A stretch of DNA of 64,000 bases. It comes from Eledone cirrhosa. Lineage: Eukaryota. The stretch spans positions 428,048,001 to 428,112,000 of the forward strand of contig OZ024740.1 in the NCBI GenBank assembly GCA_964016885.1. Direction: 5' to 3'. Every line of letters begins with the position of its first letter. The first letter of the stretch is position 1. Under the pieces are notes generated by a model. The model was not told the DNA's origin. It was given only the letters and a program-made list of their open reading frames with translations, and searched no databases. A program made the translations under genes and the position numbers. This document shows, piece by piece, positions 13,355 to 27,601 of this stretch.

Positions 13355-14346
13355 TTTCTTTATTTGCCACAGGGGCGTTCAAAAATGGGACATTACAAGA
13401 CGTGACGGCGGGGGTTTTACATAAAAATAACTTTGACATTAATAAATAACAATAAACTATATATAATAAAATAACAATTGAAATCCCCAATAGGGAGGAA
13501 CGTTACTGCAGGGTTGTTTTACACCCCGTGGATAGAACAACCCTCAACACCAGGAACACGTTTTGTAGGTGTTCCTGTCTTCCCTCTGTATATCTTCCTC
13601 AACCGACAGGTTTATATACAGAGAAGGCCCATTCACTCGGGCCATTTTCGCCACATTCACCCTCCTTTCAGCGAATTTACTGTGATGTAGCACCCCTCTC
13701 TCCACTCTCACCTTCCTTCTGAAGTGGTACTTAAAGAAGGGGATAAGTTGTTGTCCGGAGAGAAAGGTGTTTGCCCTCAGTCCTTTTAACCTCGTCCACC
13801 ATATTACCTCTTTCGCCATAGCCACCAGACAGATGAAAACCGCCTCTCCTTCATTCTTAAATGAAGACGGCGTGGTGATCCTCACGATGGACTCGGCTGA
13901 CAACTGGATGCGTCCTACACGTGACAGTAGCTGTTCGACATAATTCCACAGTTCGATCACCCCTGGGCACTGAACAATTGCATGCAGAACGGTTTCGATG
14001 TGCTGCTCGCATCTTGGACAGGTCCTTTTGTCAGGATCTCTGCCAGGGCGTCCGTGCCTGTCGATTTTGTCTCGAAATAGTAGAGCTTCTCGGTAGCACT
14101 GTCAGGCCAGAAACCTCTGGAAGTTTTCCATAGGCCCTGGATGGAAAGTCCTCCCGAACAGACTGGTCAGTTCGTCCTCCTCGATGCCTAGAGTTTTCCC
14201 GAGAACGTCGTCGCACTTTTCCTCCACTAATTCCCTATAGAATGCCGAAGTGGAGTCTCCGCTGATTGCCGTTTCCGTTTGGTAGAGGGCTGTGAGTGCC
14301 TGAAGGCACTGGAGATGCCAGGCACCCATTTTCGGTCTTCGCTTGA
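13355..14346 (-). mobile_element. Tx1-type LINE, 5'-truncated copy
   Basis: LWNYVEQLLSRVG..AMAKEVIWWTRLKGLR; homologous to 8500-9400; tail CCTGTGGCAAATAAAGAAA. Confidence 0.9.
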
Positions 14347-14736
14347 ACATATAGGTAAATAGATAGATATGTATATCCCACATACACACATATATACGTG
14401 TGTGTTCCACAGTTTGTTTTTCAGTAATTTCCCGTTTTCTACGTGATTCCTTCATGTTCGTGTTTTGTCCCATTTTCTCCTCTTTTCATTACATTTGATT
14501 TATCATATATTCAAATGCAACACACCTCTGTCTCATCCCTCTAACTCTTAGCCTGTGACCTGATATCTTTTTTCTTGCCTTCCATACATTAGTTTTGCAT
14601 ACTGCATTCTCTCTCCCACTGTCTACACAATTACCTCCCACTGTTCTCTGCACGACGGATCAGGAGTAATGTCTCACACGAACTCTCTGTCATTGTTTTA
14701 CAATTTATACATAGGTGTTTATTTTTAATGTAAAAT

Positions 14737-15625
14737 TTAGTAAGAAAAAATTAAAAAAGGGGTAAATAAAAGGAAAGAAAGGACAGGGAAATATAGAAAA
14801 AGGATAGAGAAAGAAGAAAAATGACGGGAAGGGAGGGGATGGCAAGAGCTCTGTTGTAGCAGAAGAGAGGAGAAGAGTGAAGGGGGAGGGTGATTGGCTT
14901 TGGGCCTAGAGCAAGAGGGCAGAAGTGCTGCGCCCCGCTGACAAGACGACAAAAGCATTCCCCCGGACGATGGTCAATGACACCCGCTGCAACAGCTAGC
15001 CAACCTCGCGGGGCTCCCTCCTCAGACGGGCCGCCGACGCGCTGATCTTGTGGAGGAGCTCGGCAGTACGGGGTCCAAGTACGCTCGAGGTCTCGACGGC
15101 GACATGCGCGACGGTATTTGTTTATTTTACGTTCTTCTGCGAGGTGGGCACCGACGCCGGGGTTTGTGGCCAAAGCGCCTAAGTTGGAGGCAGAGAACAT
15201 GTCGCAGCAGGTGGCGACCCAGATGAGAGATCTATCTCTTTCGAATGGAAAGAGGGTGATTCTGTTGGGGCGCTTGCCATCTCCGCGGTCTAGGCCTGCT
15301 GGCTCCAGTTGAGATGGAAAGCCAGCTGCGTCCAGGTTTCTTCTCAATATGTTGTTGGGAGCGGTGTTTCGGGGGAACTGGCCTGCGCTCTGGTGACAAG
15401 ACAGAGGGGGAAGCCAAATTTGTCAACAACCGCCCGCAGCGGTATTTATGTGGCTCACACACGCGAAGGCCAAGACGTTGGGCTTCTCCGATGCCAGTAC
15501 ACTCATCATCAAGTAGGTTACCGGTTGATGAGGAGAGCACCAAATTGACCCAGGCGGATCGGAGGCAGGTGAGGCGGTGTTGTATCTCTTCACAGCCAAT
15601 CTTCGAAGCGACGTCTGCCGCCAAA
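14737..15625 (-). mobile_element. CRE-like non-LTR retrotransposon 3' fragment (RLE domain)
   Basis: LEPAGLDRGDGKRPNRITLFPF..SLIWVATCCD..AEERKINKY and LLQRVSLTIVRG motifs, typical of CRE restriction-like endonucleases. Confidence 0.8.
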
Positions 15626-16059
15626 TAATGCTACTCTGTCTACCACCAAATACTCTCAGCTCTTGAATAATCTCCCTCCCCCCGCTGATTTACTTTCCAG
15701 ACCCCCCCCCCACACACACACACACACACACACCGCTTATGAAATTTTGCTAATCTATCTCAGGTGAAAGTTTATTGTAAGTGATTCCTATTGATACAGC
15801 AGCTGAAGAATCTAATAATTATTTTATTTTACGTTAAAAAAAAACATTATATATAACAAAAAAGAACATTACAAGAAATCCCATATTTACGAACGTACAC
15901 TATACAATTACTGATTTCCTACCCACACCAACGCTCATTCCAACCAACCCCTATTATTTGGGACCCGAGAGTAGTTCTTCTTTGCCTGCTACCTTACGGC
16001 CCTTTATTCTTCCTCTAACATGAGATTATTCAAGTTGTCTATATTCGGTTTTCATGCCA

Positions 16060-16332
16060 ACCCTTAACTATGGTCACCAACCTTGGGTAGTGACCGAAGA
16101 ATACGATCGCCAATACAAGTGGCCGAAATGGGGTTCATCCTGACTTTGGAGTAACGTTATTCGATGAAGTGCGTATCTCGGAGATCAGAGAGTCACTTTA
16201 GGTAGAGCCTCTACTTCACCGAATTGAGAGATCAAAGATCCGATACTATGGACATGTGGTTAGAATGTCTCTGGAAAGAATCTCTGGACAGATTTAACGG
16301 GCAAAACCAACTGGCAAGAGACCCAGTGGTCT
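16060..16332 (+). mobile_element. Old RTE-like LINE 3' fragment
   Basis: VRISEIRESL*VEPLLHRIERSKIRYYGHVVRM; homologous to 51495-51735. Confidence 0.7.
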
Positions 16333-16853
16333 TATTTTGAAATCATTAAACTCCCTTAACGTGACAATGTCTCACTTTGAAGAGACATGGGCTTCTTTGA
16401 TAACATGCTGAAATGTTTCGAGGATGTATATAGAGATACAGTAAACAAAGGCAGAAGGTATGTTAATATTCAGTGTATGAGAGCATGAAATTACTGGAAA
16501 TTAGGAGGTTATATTATATATGTAAGCAGATATTGCACAAATGAAAAGCTATCTGAACTTTAGCACCAACACAACAAAATAAAGCAATATCTCTTGTGGA
16601 ATAGCACAGCCAATAATTATATTGGCCAATGTTTAAAAGATACCTTATTGAACCTTTTCTGACTAGTGAACGATTTCAGCTTTCGGTTTGGATATAAAAT
16701 TATTAATACACGCTTTTCTAGGTTGTATTACGAACGGCTATCAAACATATTCCAAGTTATAAAGAATCGATTAGCTTTGTGTGTGTGTGTATATATAATT
16801 TAATAAACATTTATCGTACTGCCTCTCTGTTCTGTCCCTGTTCAATTTTTCAT

Positions 16854-16929
<76 letters not shown>

Positions 16930-17182
16930 TGTATATGTGTGTGTGTGTACATAATTATTATTAGTAGTAGTACAAATTAAAAGTTTAGGCTAAGAATTTC
17001 TGTTTTCACACTGAGCGGTATTTTGTTCTTTTTATTTACTATTTATATATATATAAATATATATATGTGTGTGTGTGTGTGTGTTAGGTAATTCCCAATA
17101 AAAAGCAAAGGAAAACAGATGCTCTATATATAGAACAGAGCTATTTAATTAGAATGAGTACGTGGTCTTACCGTATATATAC

Positions 17183-17225
<43 letters not shown>

Positions 17226-17231
<6 letters not shown>

Positions 17232-17636
17232 ATTAAATAAATGGAAAACTATATTTATAAAACCATATTTATTTCATTATATATATTTCGGGGATATCAT
17301 ATTAACAATATGCTATGCCTTCATCAGACAAAACAGAATATAAACAGTTTTATAGATAAATAGATTCGACATACCGTAATAAACACCGACTTTATTACGG
17401 TATGTCGAATCTATTTATCTATAAAACTGTTTATATTGTGTTTTGTCTGATGAAGGCATAGCATATTGTTAATATGATATCCCCGAAATATATATAATGA
17501 AATAAATATGGTTTTATAAATATAGTTTTCCATTTATTTAATATTGTAAATATACTCCAAATATTTGTCGAGTGCTTTTATATCAGTTATAAATATTTGC
17601 TAGTTGTAACCCAACAATTTTAAATATAACTTTACA
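17226..17636 (+). mobile_element. Family Z fold-back element (158-bp arms, 7-nt loop) with hammerhead
   Basis: Arms 17226-17383 and 17391-17548 with one mismatch seen; right arm has an ~90-bp extra tail; flanked by (TA)n. Confidence 0.92.
17441..17502 (+). ncRNA. Minimal type-I hammerhead motif (mirror copy at 17272-17333 on minus)
   Basis: TTTTGT-CTGATGA-(stem II aggcatagcatatt/aatatgatatcccc)-GAAA-TATATA-TA|ATGAAA; stem I has two G-U pairs. Confidence 0.7.
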
Positions 17637-17997
17637 TATATATATACATATATATATTTCACATATATCTGAATGTGTGAGTGTGTGTGTGTGTGTATAT
17701 ATATACACATATGCTTTTATAATTTTCTATATATTTTTTATATATTATTTTTCTTACATATTAATTTTTATATAGTTTTTATATAATTTTTTATTAATTT
17801 TTTTATATATATATTTTTTTTCTTATGTATATTTTCCGTTATTTTTCCAGCCTCATTTCCAATTTTTAACAGATTTTAAATCTCATTTCATATTTTCTAT
17901 ATATAACATCTCTGACTGATCCAGACGTATATTAATACTGTCTAGGGTCCTGAAACCTTTGGTAATGGAGTAGTTATATATTGTGTTGTTCACTTTC

Positions 17998-18332
<335 letters not shown>

Positions 18333-18430
18333 TAGAGAATTGGATTCGCAATCGTAAGGTTGTGAGTTCGATTCCTGGACCAGGCGATGCGTTATGTCCT
18401 TGAGCAAGACACTTTATTTCACGTTGCTCC
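18333..18430 (+). mobile_element. tRNA-headed CORE-type SINE fragment
   Basis: GAGTTCGATTCC B-box followed by TGTCCTTGAGCAAGACACTT (CORE-like). Confidence 0.7.
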
Positions 18431-18527
18431 TTCTACCTGGAGCTGCGACCGATAGATAGTATTAGCAATTGGAAAGACCAACGGAAACATTGTTCCCTCG
18501 GTCCGATTTGACGAAAGTCGATCGTTC

Positions 18528-18575
<48 letters not shown>

Positions 18576-18619
18576 CTTGTAGATAGACAGATAGATTGAG
18601 AGATAGATAGATAGATATA

Positions 18620-19141
18620 TTTCTTTATTTGCCACAAGGGGGCACAAGAAAAGGGGACAAAACAAAGACATGCCGGGATTTTACATACAGTCGTGTAAAA
18701 AAGAATTTTTAACAAACAATTTCAACAATCGAAATCCCCAATAGGAGGCCGGCGTTACAAAGGGGTTGTTTAATACCCCGTAGATAGAACAACCCTCAAC
18801 TCCAGGAGCGTGTGTGTAAGTGCTCCTTTCTTCCTTTTGCTCTCTTCTTCAACCGACAGGTTTATATACAGAGAAGGCCCAATCACTCGGGCCATTTTCG
18901 TTTCATTCACCCACCTTTCAGTAAATTTACTGGGGTGCAGTGTCTCTCTCTCCACTCTGATTCTGCTTCTAAAGTGGTACCTAAAGAAGGGAATGAGTTG
19001 TTGTCCGGAGAGAAAGGCATCTGTCCTCAGTCCTCTCAACCTTGTCCACCATATAACCTCTTTCACCATAGCCACTGTACAGAGGAAAACCGCCTCTCTT
19101 TCGTTTTTGAAAGAAAGTGGCGGTTTGATCCTTACTATGGA
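18620..19141 (-). mobile_element. Tx1-type LINE 3' fragment in (TAGA)n
   Basis: AMVKEVIWWTRLRGLRTDAF; very similar to 8470-8940; GATA repeats on both sides. Confidence 0.92.
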
Positions 19142-19590
19142 TAGATAGACAGATAGATTTTTATAGATACATAGATAGATAGATAGATAGATTGATAGAT
19201 AGATAAAGTATTTGAATTAGAAAAGGTGTTAAATGATAACGTTATATAGATGGAAATATATCGGGGTGGACGTTTGGTTGGATAGAATGATAACATCATA
19301 CATATTTCCCTGTACGACACAGAAAGGAGAAAAGTAGCGAGTTGTTATACATGTTTGTTGAAAGGATGCTACTTTTCAGCTAAATAAATGTCAAGCTCTC
19401 AATGGCACTTGGCGAAACGACAGCCTGTGAAATAAGAAGATTTGAACGAAACAGCATCTGTATATTTAGTCGATCTCGTTTCACATACTAACATTTAACA
19501 TTTTTTACCTACCGCCTGTATACCATCTTCCCACAAAACATGGCGTAGCCAAGCAACCTTCGCACTCTTTCTGTCTGTCACTTTTCCACT

Positions 19591-19665
<75 letters not shown>

Positions 19666-19942
19666 CTGCACAACACTACATACACTCACACATGTATCCA
19701 CATCCCCCACACACTCCCAGTAAGACATTCATCTAAGAAGTGTAGGTATCGCTAATTTTAAATTGTCAGATTAAATACACACATTCACACATTCGCACAT
19801 ACACAGGCAAACCCACACACACATACGCATAAATACACACACACACATACACAGACACACATGCTCACAAACACACACGCACATTCACACACAAACACTC
19901 ACACACATACACAAACATGCACACACGTGCACACACACACAT

Positions 19943-19993
<51 letters not shown>

Positions 19994-22900
19994 CACACAT
20001 GCACACACATACATACACATTCTTTTAATCCCTTTCAAAGGATAGATCTAATCCCAGACTTCATTTCTTACCAAAAAGTGTAGAAGAAATTTTGTGGAGA
20101 TACGTTGTATTCTTGGAGGAATCGTTAAGCAAAAGTTACTAATGAATAGCCAAAACTGACCAATTTCCAAAATATTTGAACGAAAGTCCAATTGGTAAAA
20201 TGTGAATAAAGTCAAATTATACAGCCTGGTATTGATTGTGCTGCGTTGACCATTAAATCTGATATTAACCTCCGCAACGCCACCCTTTCAATGTCTAAGT
20301 AAAGCTATATTATTTGAATAGTTACTTAGAAGAGAAATATCACTAGAATAAGTTGGTCTGTGGCCGTCTGTAACAAGGTTTATCGGATTAATAACTTGGT
20401 GATCGGAGATGAGAACACTCACTAGTGTTTGAAGTTGTTTGTTGTTGGTCAGAATCAAACTTGGTCGAACCGGGAAGAAGCAAAGATGTTTATTGCGACA
20501 TTAGTTAGAAACTTTAACTTGGATGTCATAGAAAGGGAGATATAGCAATGTAGTGAGTTCAAGCAGCATATTAGAAGACAGAGGAGTATGGGTTGAATAG
20601 ATAGATGAATGATACAATAGACATAGCTCTTGCATGATTATTTGGCTGGCTGCTTGTCTGGCTGGCTAACTGGTTGGCTGACTGGTTGGTTGTCTGGCTG
20701 GATTGAGGCGTGACTATATGGCTGTTTGGCTGCTTTATAGAAAGTTAGATGATTAGTTGGTCGGTTGGTGAGTTGGTTTGATCGTTTCTTAGTTGTTTCG
20801 TTGGTTGGTTTGTTAGGTAATTGGTTTGCTAGTGTAATGGTTGGTTAGATGTGTGGTTGTATTGATGATTGTATAGTTGGGTGTCTTGTATGGCTGTCCG
20901 GCTAGGCAGCTGGCTGTGTAGTTGGAAATATATGTATGGTTGAACAGATAGAAAGATGACGGAACGAATACGTAGAGTTTTCGTATATTATTTCATGCAT
21001 GGGTATTCAAAGGGATAGTTGTCCTCAGACAACAATAAGCAGCTCTAAATACTGCCCTTAGCAATCAGATTGGCGCCGCAATTTATACCTTAACATTGTG
21101 AAATGAAATTATCCGAAAATATCTTTAATAATTAATCGTTCATCAATTCCAAATTTCTGATTCTTTTCTCTTCCTTTTAATAAAAGTGTTCAACTAGACT
21201 GGTTTACCGTCTTTGAGCAGCCAAGCATTGCTTCATATACCGTTAAGTATAATCACACAGCCATAAAAGAATGATCAAACAGAGGCTAGCTAGCTAGCTA
21301 TTCCGAAATTTCAGAAGCTTCAAAGATATGAAAGATCGATAAGGAATCTCACTCACTCTCTTTCTCTCTCTTTCACACACTCTTCCTCTCCCAATCTCTC
21401 CCCGCTCTCGAAAATGATTCCTTGATTAAAAACAATTTACTTCAAAAGTTGTAATCGGTTGATAGCGACCCTTTAGTGACAGCATCGGCAATCCATTGAT
21501 GCGATTCTACCGCATCTAATCGTATAGTAAATCAACACAGAAATATGGCTGTTATTACAATGATGCACACACGCAAACTAGTTGTATGGATAATGTATTG
21601 GTCGCAAGTTCATATCTACTCTAAAATATGAGGAATACATTTCAGGGTTTTCAAGGAATATTTATTTCTCTTGGTTAATCAAAACGAACGTTTAGTAGAA
21701 GAGCAGGCATTGATTGAATCTACCCCAAAATATTACTGGTAATTCATTTATGTAATCGATATCAGCAATCCCAGTAATTTTGTCACTCAACGTCAACCTC
21801 AACGTTGAAAATAGACAACCCTGATGATCCTTTAAATTGGCGGCTCCTTAGGCAAGAACTTGCCATGAAACCTCCTTCTTATAACAGAATACCATTTGAA
21901 AGATAATTTAGTTCCTGGTACACAACAAAACAGTATAATCATAATCCTGATCGATTAGAGTTGACCTGGAACCAGACGACAACTCACTCCCCTCTATATA
22001 TTCTACAATATTAATCTGAAATTATGTAGAGTTTTATCCAGGAGGTGAAGATAAGATGTATCTGTTATTCAACATTACTGGCTGTGGAATAAAGACTCCA
22101 CCTTTCAGCCCGTATAGAGGTTCTTGAAAATAATTCATCAAGCTTTATTTGTTAATGTTGTTTATGTGGTATAGACATAGCTCCGTCACCATAGAGTAGC
22201 CATAAAAAAGGAACTTTCAACCGTGACAGTCCCATAGTTTTGTATAATCTGAGCCACGCGTCTAAAGTGTTCTTTTAAAAAGGAAACTATACATTATATG
22301 GTGCTAGCTTGGGTGCATATTGCCTCAAAAAAGAAAAGGAGGATCGTCACATCTTGAATACTTTTGATCATAGCTTACCTGGGTGTAAACAACAATAGCT
22401 ACCTGTTCACAATGATTCTAATTACTGAGATTTCGTCAATAATCTGAAATGTGTTGGAAAAATATCGAATTCTCAATGAATAATAAATTTACAGCTTGCC
22501 AATATAATAAAAATGAAAGGACAATGAAGTGACCATGAAACGACCATAGAACCACAATAAAGCAACCAGAAGGTAACATAAAACCACAATGAAGCCACCT
22601 GAAACCAACATGAAGTGATACACAACATACCATGTGACTACTATGAAACAACATTAAGTGACAATAAAAAGTCATGATACTGCTATAAATCTACTAAGAA
22701 ACCCCTTAAATCTACTATGAAACTACCTTGAAAACACTATGAAAGTTTGTTTAAGCCACGTTAATACCTCAATAAAACTATCATAAAAACAACCCTACTC
22801 CTTCCTTTCGTTGAGGCTTGCTGTTGAATTACGAAAACCTTTAGTGTATAGCATAGGTCTTAAGAAGACAATTCACATTTTCATAACCATTATTATTGTT

Positions 22901-23085
22901 GGTGGATTGGCAGTATCGGTAGAGGGTCGGACGCCATGCTTTGATGCATAGAGTTACGGCCCTTGCCATTCTGAGTTCAACTCCCGCCGAGGTTAACTTT
23001 GCCTTTTATCCTTACGGGGTCGATAAAATAAAGTACCAGTAATACACTGGGTAATTGCTGGCCTTGTGCCAAAAGTAGAAACAGT
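22901..23085 (+). mobile_element. SINE family A
   Basis: Full consensus match. Confidence 0.92.
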
Positions 23086-23098
23086 TATTATTATCGTT

Positions 23099-23266
23099 GG
23101 TGGATTGGCAGTACCAGTAGAGCATCGGACAACATGCTTTACAGTGTGTAGTTACGGCCTTTTATGCTCTGAGTTCAAAACATGCTGAGGTTAGGTATTC
23201 CCTTTCATCCTTTCAGTGTCGATAAAATAAAGCACCAGTAACCTACTGGGGTTTATATAATCGACT
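23099..23266 (+). mobile_element. SINE family A, older variant in tandem
   Basis: Diverged match immediately after the previous copy. Confidence 0.8.
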
Positions 23267-24003
23267 TTAGCATTCCCATTAAAAGTGGAGTGCGAAAGTC
23301 TCCAAAAATAAAGGCAATTATTTTCTTTGTGACGCAGGTGAAGTGTGAGAGAGAAGAATTTAATGAAGTGAAAGTGTACCTTTATTTGAGATTACACTGG
23401 GATAGCCCTACCTAATGTGTGTGTGGGTCATCTTTTAGTTTCTGGAGAATGATCTTCACTTCTTAATTTGTTTTCAGCCAGGAGCTTGGCGGGTTCCATT
23501 TAGTGGTATTATGTGGTTTATTAAACCAATGTTTGGTAGTGTAATTATTTAGAATGTAATATTGTGAACATCTTTATATTTTATGCCATTTCTGGCGTTT
23601 AACTATATGTAATAACCATATGATTTTAAATACACTCATTTGTCATATGTCGTTTAAATAAATCTGTTTTTCTGATGTAAAAAAACGTGTAACTGGTTTT
23701 ATGGAGGAATTATTTGAATATCTAATTTATAAAATTAAAATTAACAAATTCGAAAACTCGAGTTACAAAATATGTAATATAAAATTAAACACTTAATTAT
23801 TAAAAATAATTTAGCATAATGAAACAAAAGAATAAAATGAAGTAAATGAAAATTAATGCAGGAAAAATTATTAAATATATTTTAGAATATTTTGGTAAAA
23901 AATAATCATTATAAAAGTATATCGTCAGGTTGGTATACTTATTGTTAGAAAATAACAATGAATGAAACATATCAGAAGTAATGTACACACACACACACAC
24001 GCA

Positions 24004-24057
<54 letters not shown>

Positions 24058-24176
24058 ATGGTTACAATAAATACGTCCGTAGGCGGTATGCCGTTTAAGC
24101 ACTCGATGCTCACGCAGAGCAGAGTATATTATTATAGATAACGAAGAATCAGTGATGCATCAAAACGCAATTTATT

Positions 24177-24270
24177 AACATATTACATATGTTTCTGTGA
24201 CGATCAGCTCAAGGCAGGATCTGTTACAGATTGAACCTGACTCTGCATTCGCAAGGTCCTCAGATATGTT
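24177..24270 (-). ncRNA. Type-I hammerhead motif with long stem II
   Basis: AACATAT-CTGAGGA-(~60-nt imperfect hairpin)-GAAA-CATATG-TA|ATATGTT; perfect 7-bp stem I; in an element at 24050-24297 between (TA)n tracts. Confidence 0.7.
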
Positions 24271-24294
24271 TTGCGCTTTCAAAGCATTTCATCC

Positions 24295-24368
<74 letters not shown>

Positions 24369-24716
24369 AAAAAGAGATGAAATCGAAAATGCAACTGAAG
24401 TCTTATTTTTTTTAAAAATATATATATTTATTTTATTCCTTTACCGGTTTCGTAGTTCTTCTGCTTTTCAAAAGGTGAGTTGAGATGGAGGGTCTGTGGT
24501 TTTTCTCACATCTGGTTGGTCTCTGAATGTTACTTGTTTTATATGGAAAAAGTGGCTCGAAATTCCAGGTTTTTCGAGAAGTAATTTGATTGGTTTGTCA
24601 ATAATTATAATAAATTTCGCGCCAGCCATCCAAAGCACACGAAGACGAACATTCCTTTTAACCTAGCAAGAAGAATTTGATTGGTTTGTCAATAATTATA
24701 ATAAATTTCGCGCCAA

Positions 24717-25540
24717 CCATCCAAAGCACACGAAGACGAACATTCCTTTTAACCTAGCAAGAAGAATTTGCACAATTGTCTCCAATTATGAAACGCGAAA
24801 TAAAAGACTTCAAGAATTAAAGGAAATTCTACTTGAGAGAGAGTACCCACTATTACTAATAAATAATGGAATAGAAAGGGCTAAAGCAATAGGCATTGAT
24901 GAATTACGGAAACAGAAACAAATTCAAGGTACGTCCAATATTCTATCATATATCTCAACACACAACCCAAGAAATGCGGAAGCTTACAACACTATTCACA
25001 ATAACATCCCACTACTAAAACAAAACCCAAGAATGAAAAAAGCCCTTGAAACACACAAAATAATCAAAAGCAAAAGACAACCAAAATCACTGAAAACATT
25101 ACTCACCAATGCCAAATTACCTACCACAAACCCACAACCAAGTATCAAAAAATGTGGTCGCTCTAATTGTGGAACCTGCACTCACCTCATTGAAGGCAAC
25201 ACGTATACATTTAAATCAGGACAAAATTTTACTATAAAAAATCACTTCACTTGCTCATCAAAAAATCTACTTTATACCATTAAATGTAAAGGATGCAATG
25301 AAGATTATATAGGACAAACTAAACTCACACTCAGAAACAGAATGACAGTTCATCGCCAACAATTACGAGATCCAACCACGAGACAGATACCACTAAGTGC
25401 ACATCTAGACATTTGCGCAAGTAATAAGACACCCAAATTCAAAGTCTTCCCATTTTACCTTTGCGCTAACAGAACAAATGCGAATAAATAAGGAAAATAT
25501 GTTTATTCAAAAATATAGACCAACATTAAATAAGGTTTAA
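24717..25540 (+). pseudogene. PLE RT-thumb/linker plus GIY-YIG endonuclease fragment
   Basis: HPKHTKTNIPFNLARRICTI..EYP; CGRSNCGTC; NLLYTIKCKGCNEDYIGQTKLTLRNRMTVH. Confidence 0.9.
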
Positions 25541-25742
25541 TATACATTATGTCAACACCACAACATGACATACACACACACACATAACACCTTCTACTTT
25601 AGAAAATAAAAACCCGAACTAAATAAACCTTAACATACGTTTGCACTGGCAATACAACAGCAAACACGAAAAAGTAAGGAAAATATGTTCATTCAAAAAT
25701 ATTCCTATTAAAGGAATCACTTTCCTACACACACACATGCAC

Positions 25743-25779
<37 letters not shown>

Positions 25780-26072
25780 TCTTCATCTTAACATGCTAAC
25801 CATACTCCCACACACATAACACCCATACACACACATAACACCCATACACACACATAACACCCATACACACACATAACAACCCCCACATCTACAACTCCCT
25901 CCCCATTTCTACTAATAGAACCACTTTCCTACACGCATATATATATATATATATACACACACACAAAATATATATTCTCTCCATCTTAACATACTCGCAC
26001 ACACACACATAACACCCATATACACACACACACAACTCCCTCCCCCATCTCTACTAATAGAATCATCTTCCA

Positions 26073-26148
<76 letters not shown>

Positions 26149-26660
26149 GCACACAAATAAATATACATATCTTCAGTCTCAATAGAAAATCTGAACTCTG
26201 ACACCCCGGCGAGCTGGCCATATTCACTGAACCAGAACATTTCTCCCAATCCCTTTTCCCTTCACCACTATCTCTCCATTGTCATAACATTCACTATAAA
26301 GACTACAGAATAGTTTTCCAAATAAGGGCGCAAAAATGTAATAAAAACTTGTTCACGTGACAGCCAAATTTCATTTATAACCAACCAAAAGAAAGCCTTC
26401 GTGAGCCTCCTTTTTTCAAGTAAAAAGAAATTCAAACACTCATATATGAAAAAACAACCTGTGACAACCCCACACCCCCTCTCTTATTTGAAGAACTATT
26501 GTAATGCGAACTGGCGCGAAATTTATTATAATTATTGACCAACCAATCAAATTACTTCTCGAAAAACCTGGAATTTCGAGCCACTTTTTCCATATAAAAC
26601 AAGTAACATTCAGAGACCAACCAGATGTGAGAAAAACCACAGACCCTCCATCTCAACTCA

Positions 26661-26698
26661 CCTTTTGAAAAGCAGAAGAACTGCGAAACCGGTAAAGG
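26661..26698 (+). ncRNA. Minimal hammerhead, U3-A8 variant (mirror copy at 24438-24475)
   Basis: CCTT-TTGAAAA-GCAG-AAGAA-CTGC-GAAA-CCGG-TA|AAGG. Confidence 0.8.
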
Positions 26699-26891
26699 AA
26701 CCAAATAAATATATATATTTTTAAAAAAAATAAGACTTCAGTTGCATTTTCGATTTCATCTCTTTTTCTTTATACTTTCACTCGTGTAGGACACCTCGGT
26801 TATTTTTCATTTTGTAAAAAAAAAACCTCACTTTCTAATATATATATATATATATACATATATAAACATATATATATATATATATATACAT

Positions 26892-26980
26892 AGGCAACAT
26901 GACCCTCCCAAAGTATAACAATATCGGTTTCAACACACGATTTCAGATAAAGAATCTTGCTAAACAAATTCAGAAACGAA
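26892..26980 (+). mobile_element. Solitary 3' tail of PLE 3
   Basis: Matches 47140-47226; flanked by (TA)n. Confidence 0.85.
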
Positions 26981-27086
<106 letters not shown>

Positions 27087-27416
27087 ATATATCCGCTCTA
27101 AAAATGTTAAAACAGAAGTAATAACAAAAAATATATAACTTTGTACGACATGACACAAATCAGATTAAAATACAGGCTTGATAGGATGTACAACAGTTAT
27201 TCTAAGATCATCATCAACATCCATCATCCAGGCGAGCCTATTTTACGGGTCACCATAACTTATTCTCTCCAGTTTGTTCGGTCTGCCATTGCTCGTGGCA
27301 GGACGTTTAGGGTGTCCTCGTACATAACCATTGCACACTTACTTTATGTAGGTTCCATGTGGAGCAATGAATCTAGTAAATGACGTACGTTTGTGGGAAC
27401 GTTAGATCTATATAAT

Positions 27417-27601
27417 TGTTTCTACTTATTGGCACAAGGCCAGCAATTACACAGTACATTACTGGTACTTTATTTTATCGACCTCGTAAAGATAAAAGGC
27501 AAAGTTAACCTCGACGGGATTTGAACTCAGACCGTAAAGGGACGTAACAATGCTGGAAAGCATGGCGGCCAACCCTCTACCGATACTGCTAATTCACCGC
27601 C
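27417..27601 (-). mobile_element. SINE family A with 17-bp TSD
   Basis: CGTTAGATCTATATAAT at 27400-27416 and 27602-27618. Confidence 0.95.

Larger units (their letters stand above)
24364..26838 (+). mobile_element. Penelope-like element 1 (5'-truncated, inverted pseudo-LTR)
   Basis: 24364-24625 is the reverse complement of 26511-26772; (TA)n flanks; GIY-YIG ORF remnant inside. Confidence 0.92.

Noticed and set aside
17905-17975. CTGACTGA...GAAACCTTTGGTA hammerhead-like segment
   Set aside because: Core has an extra base and stem I does not pair convincingly; possibly a relic
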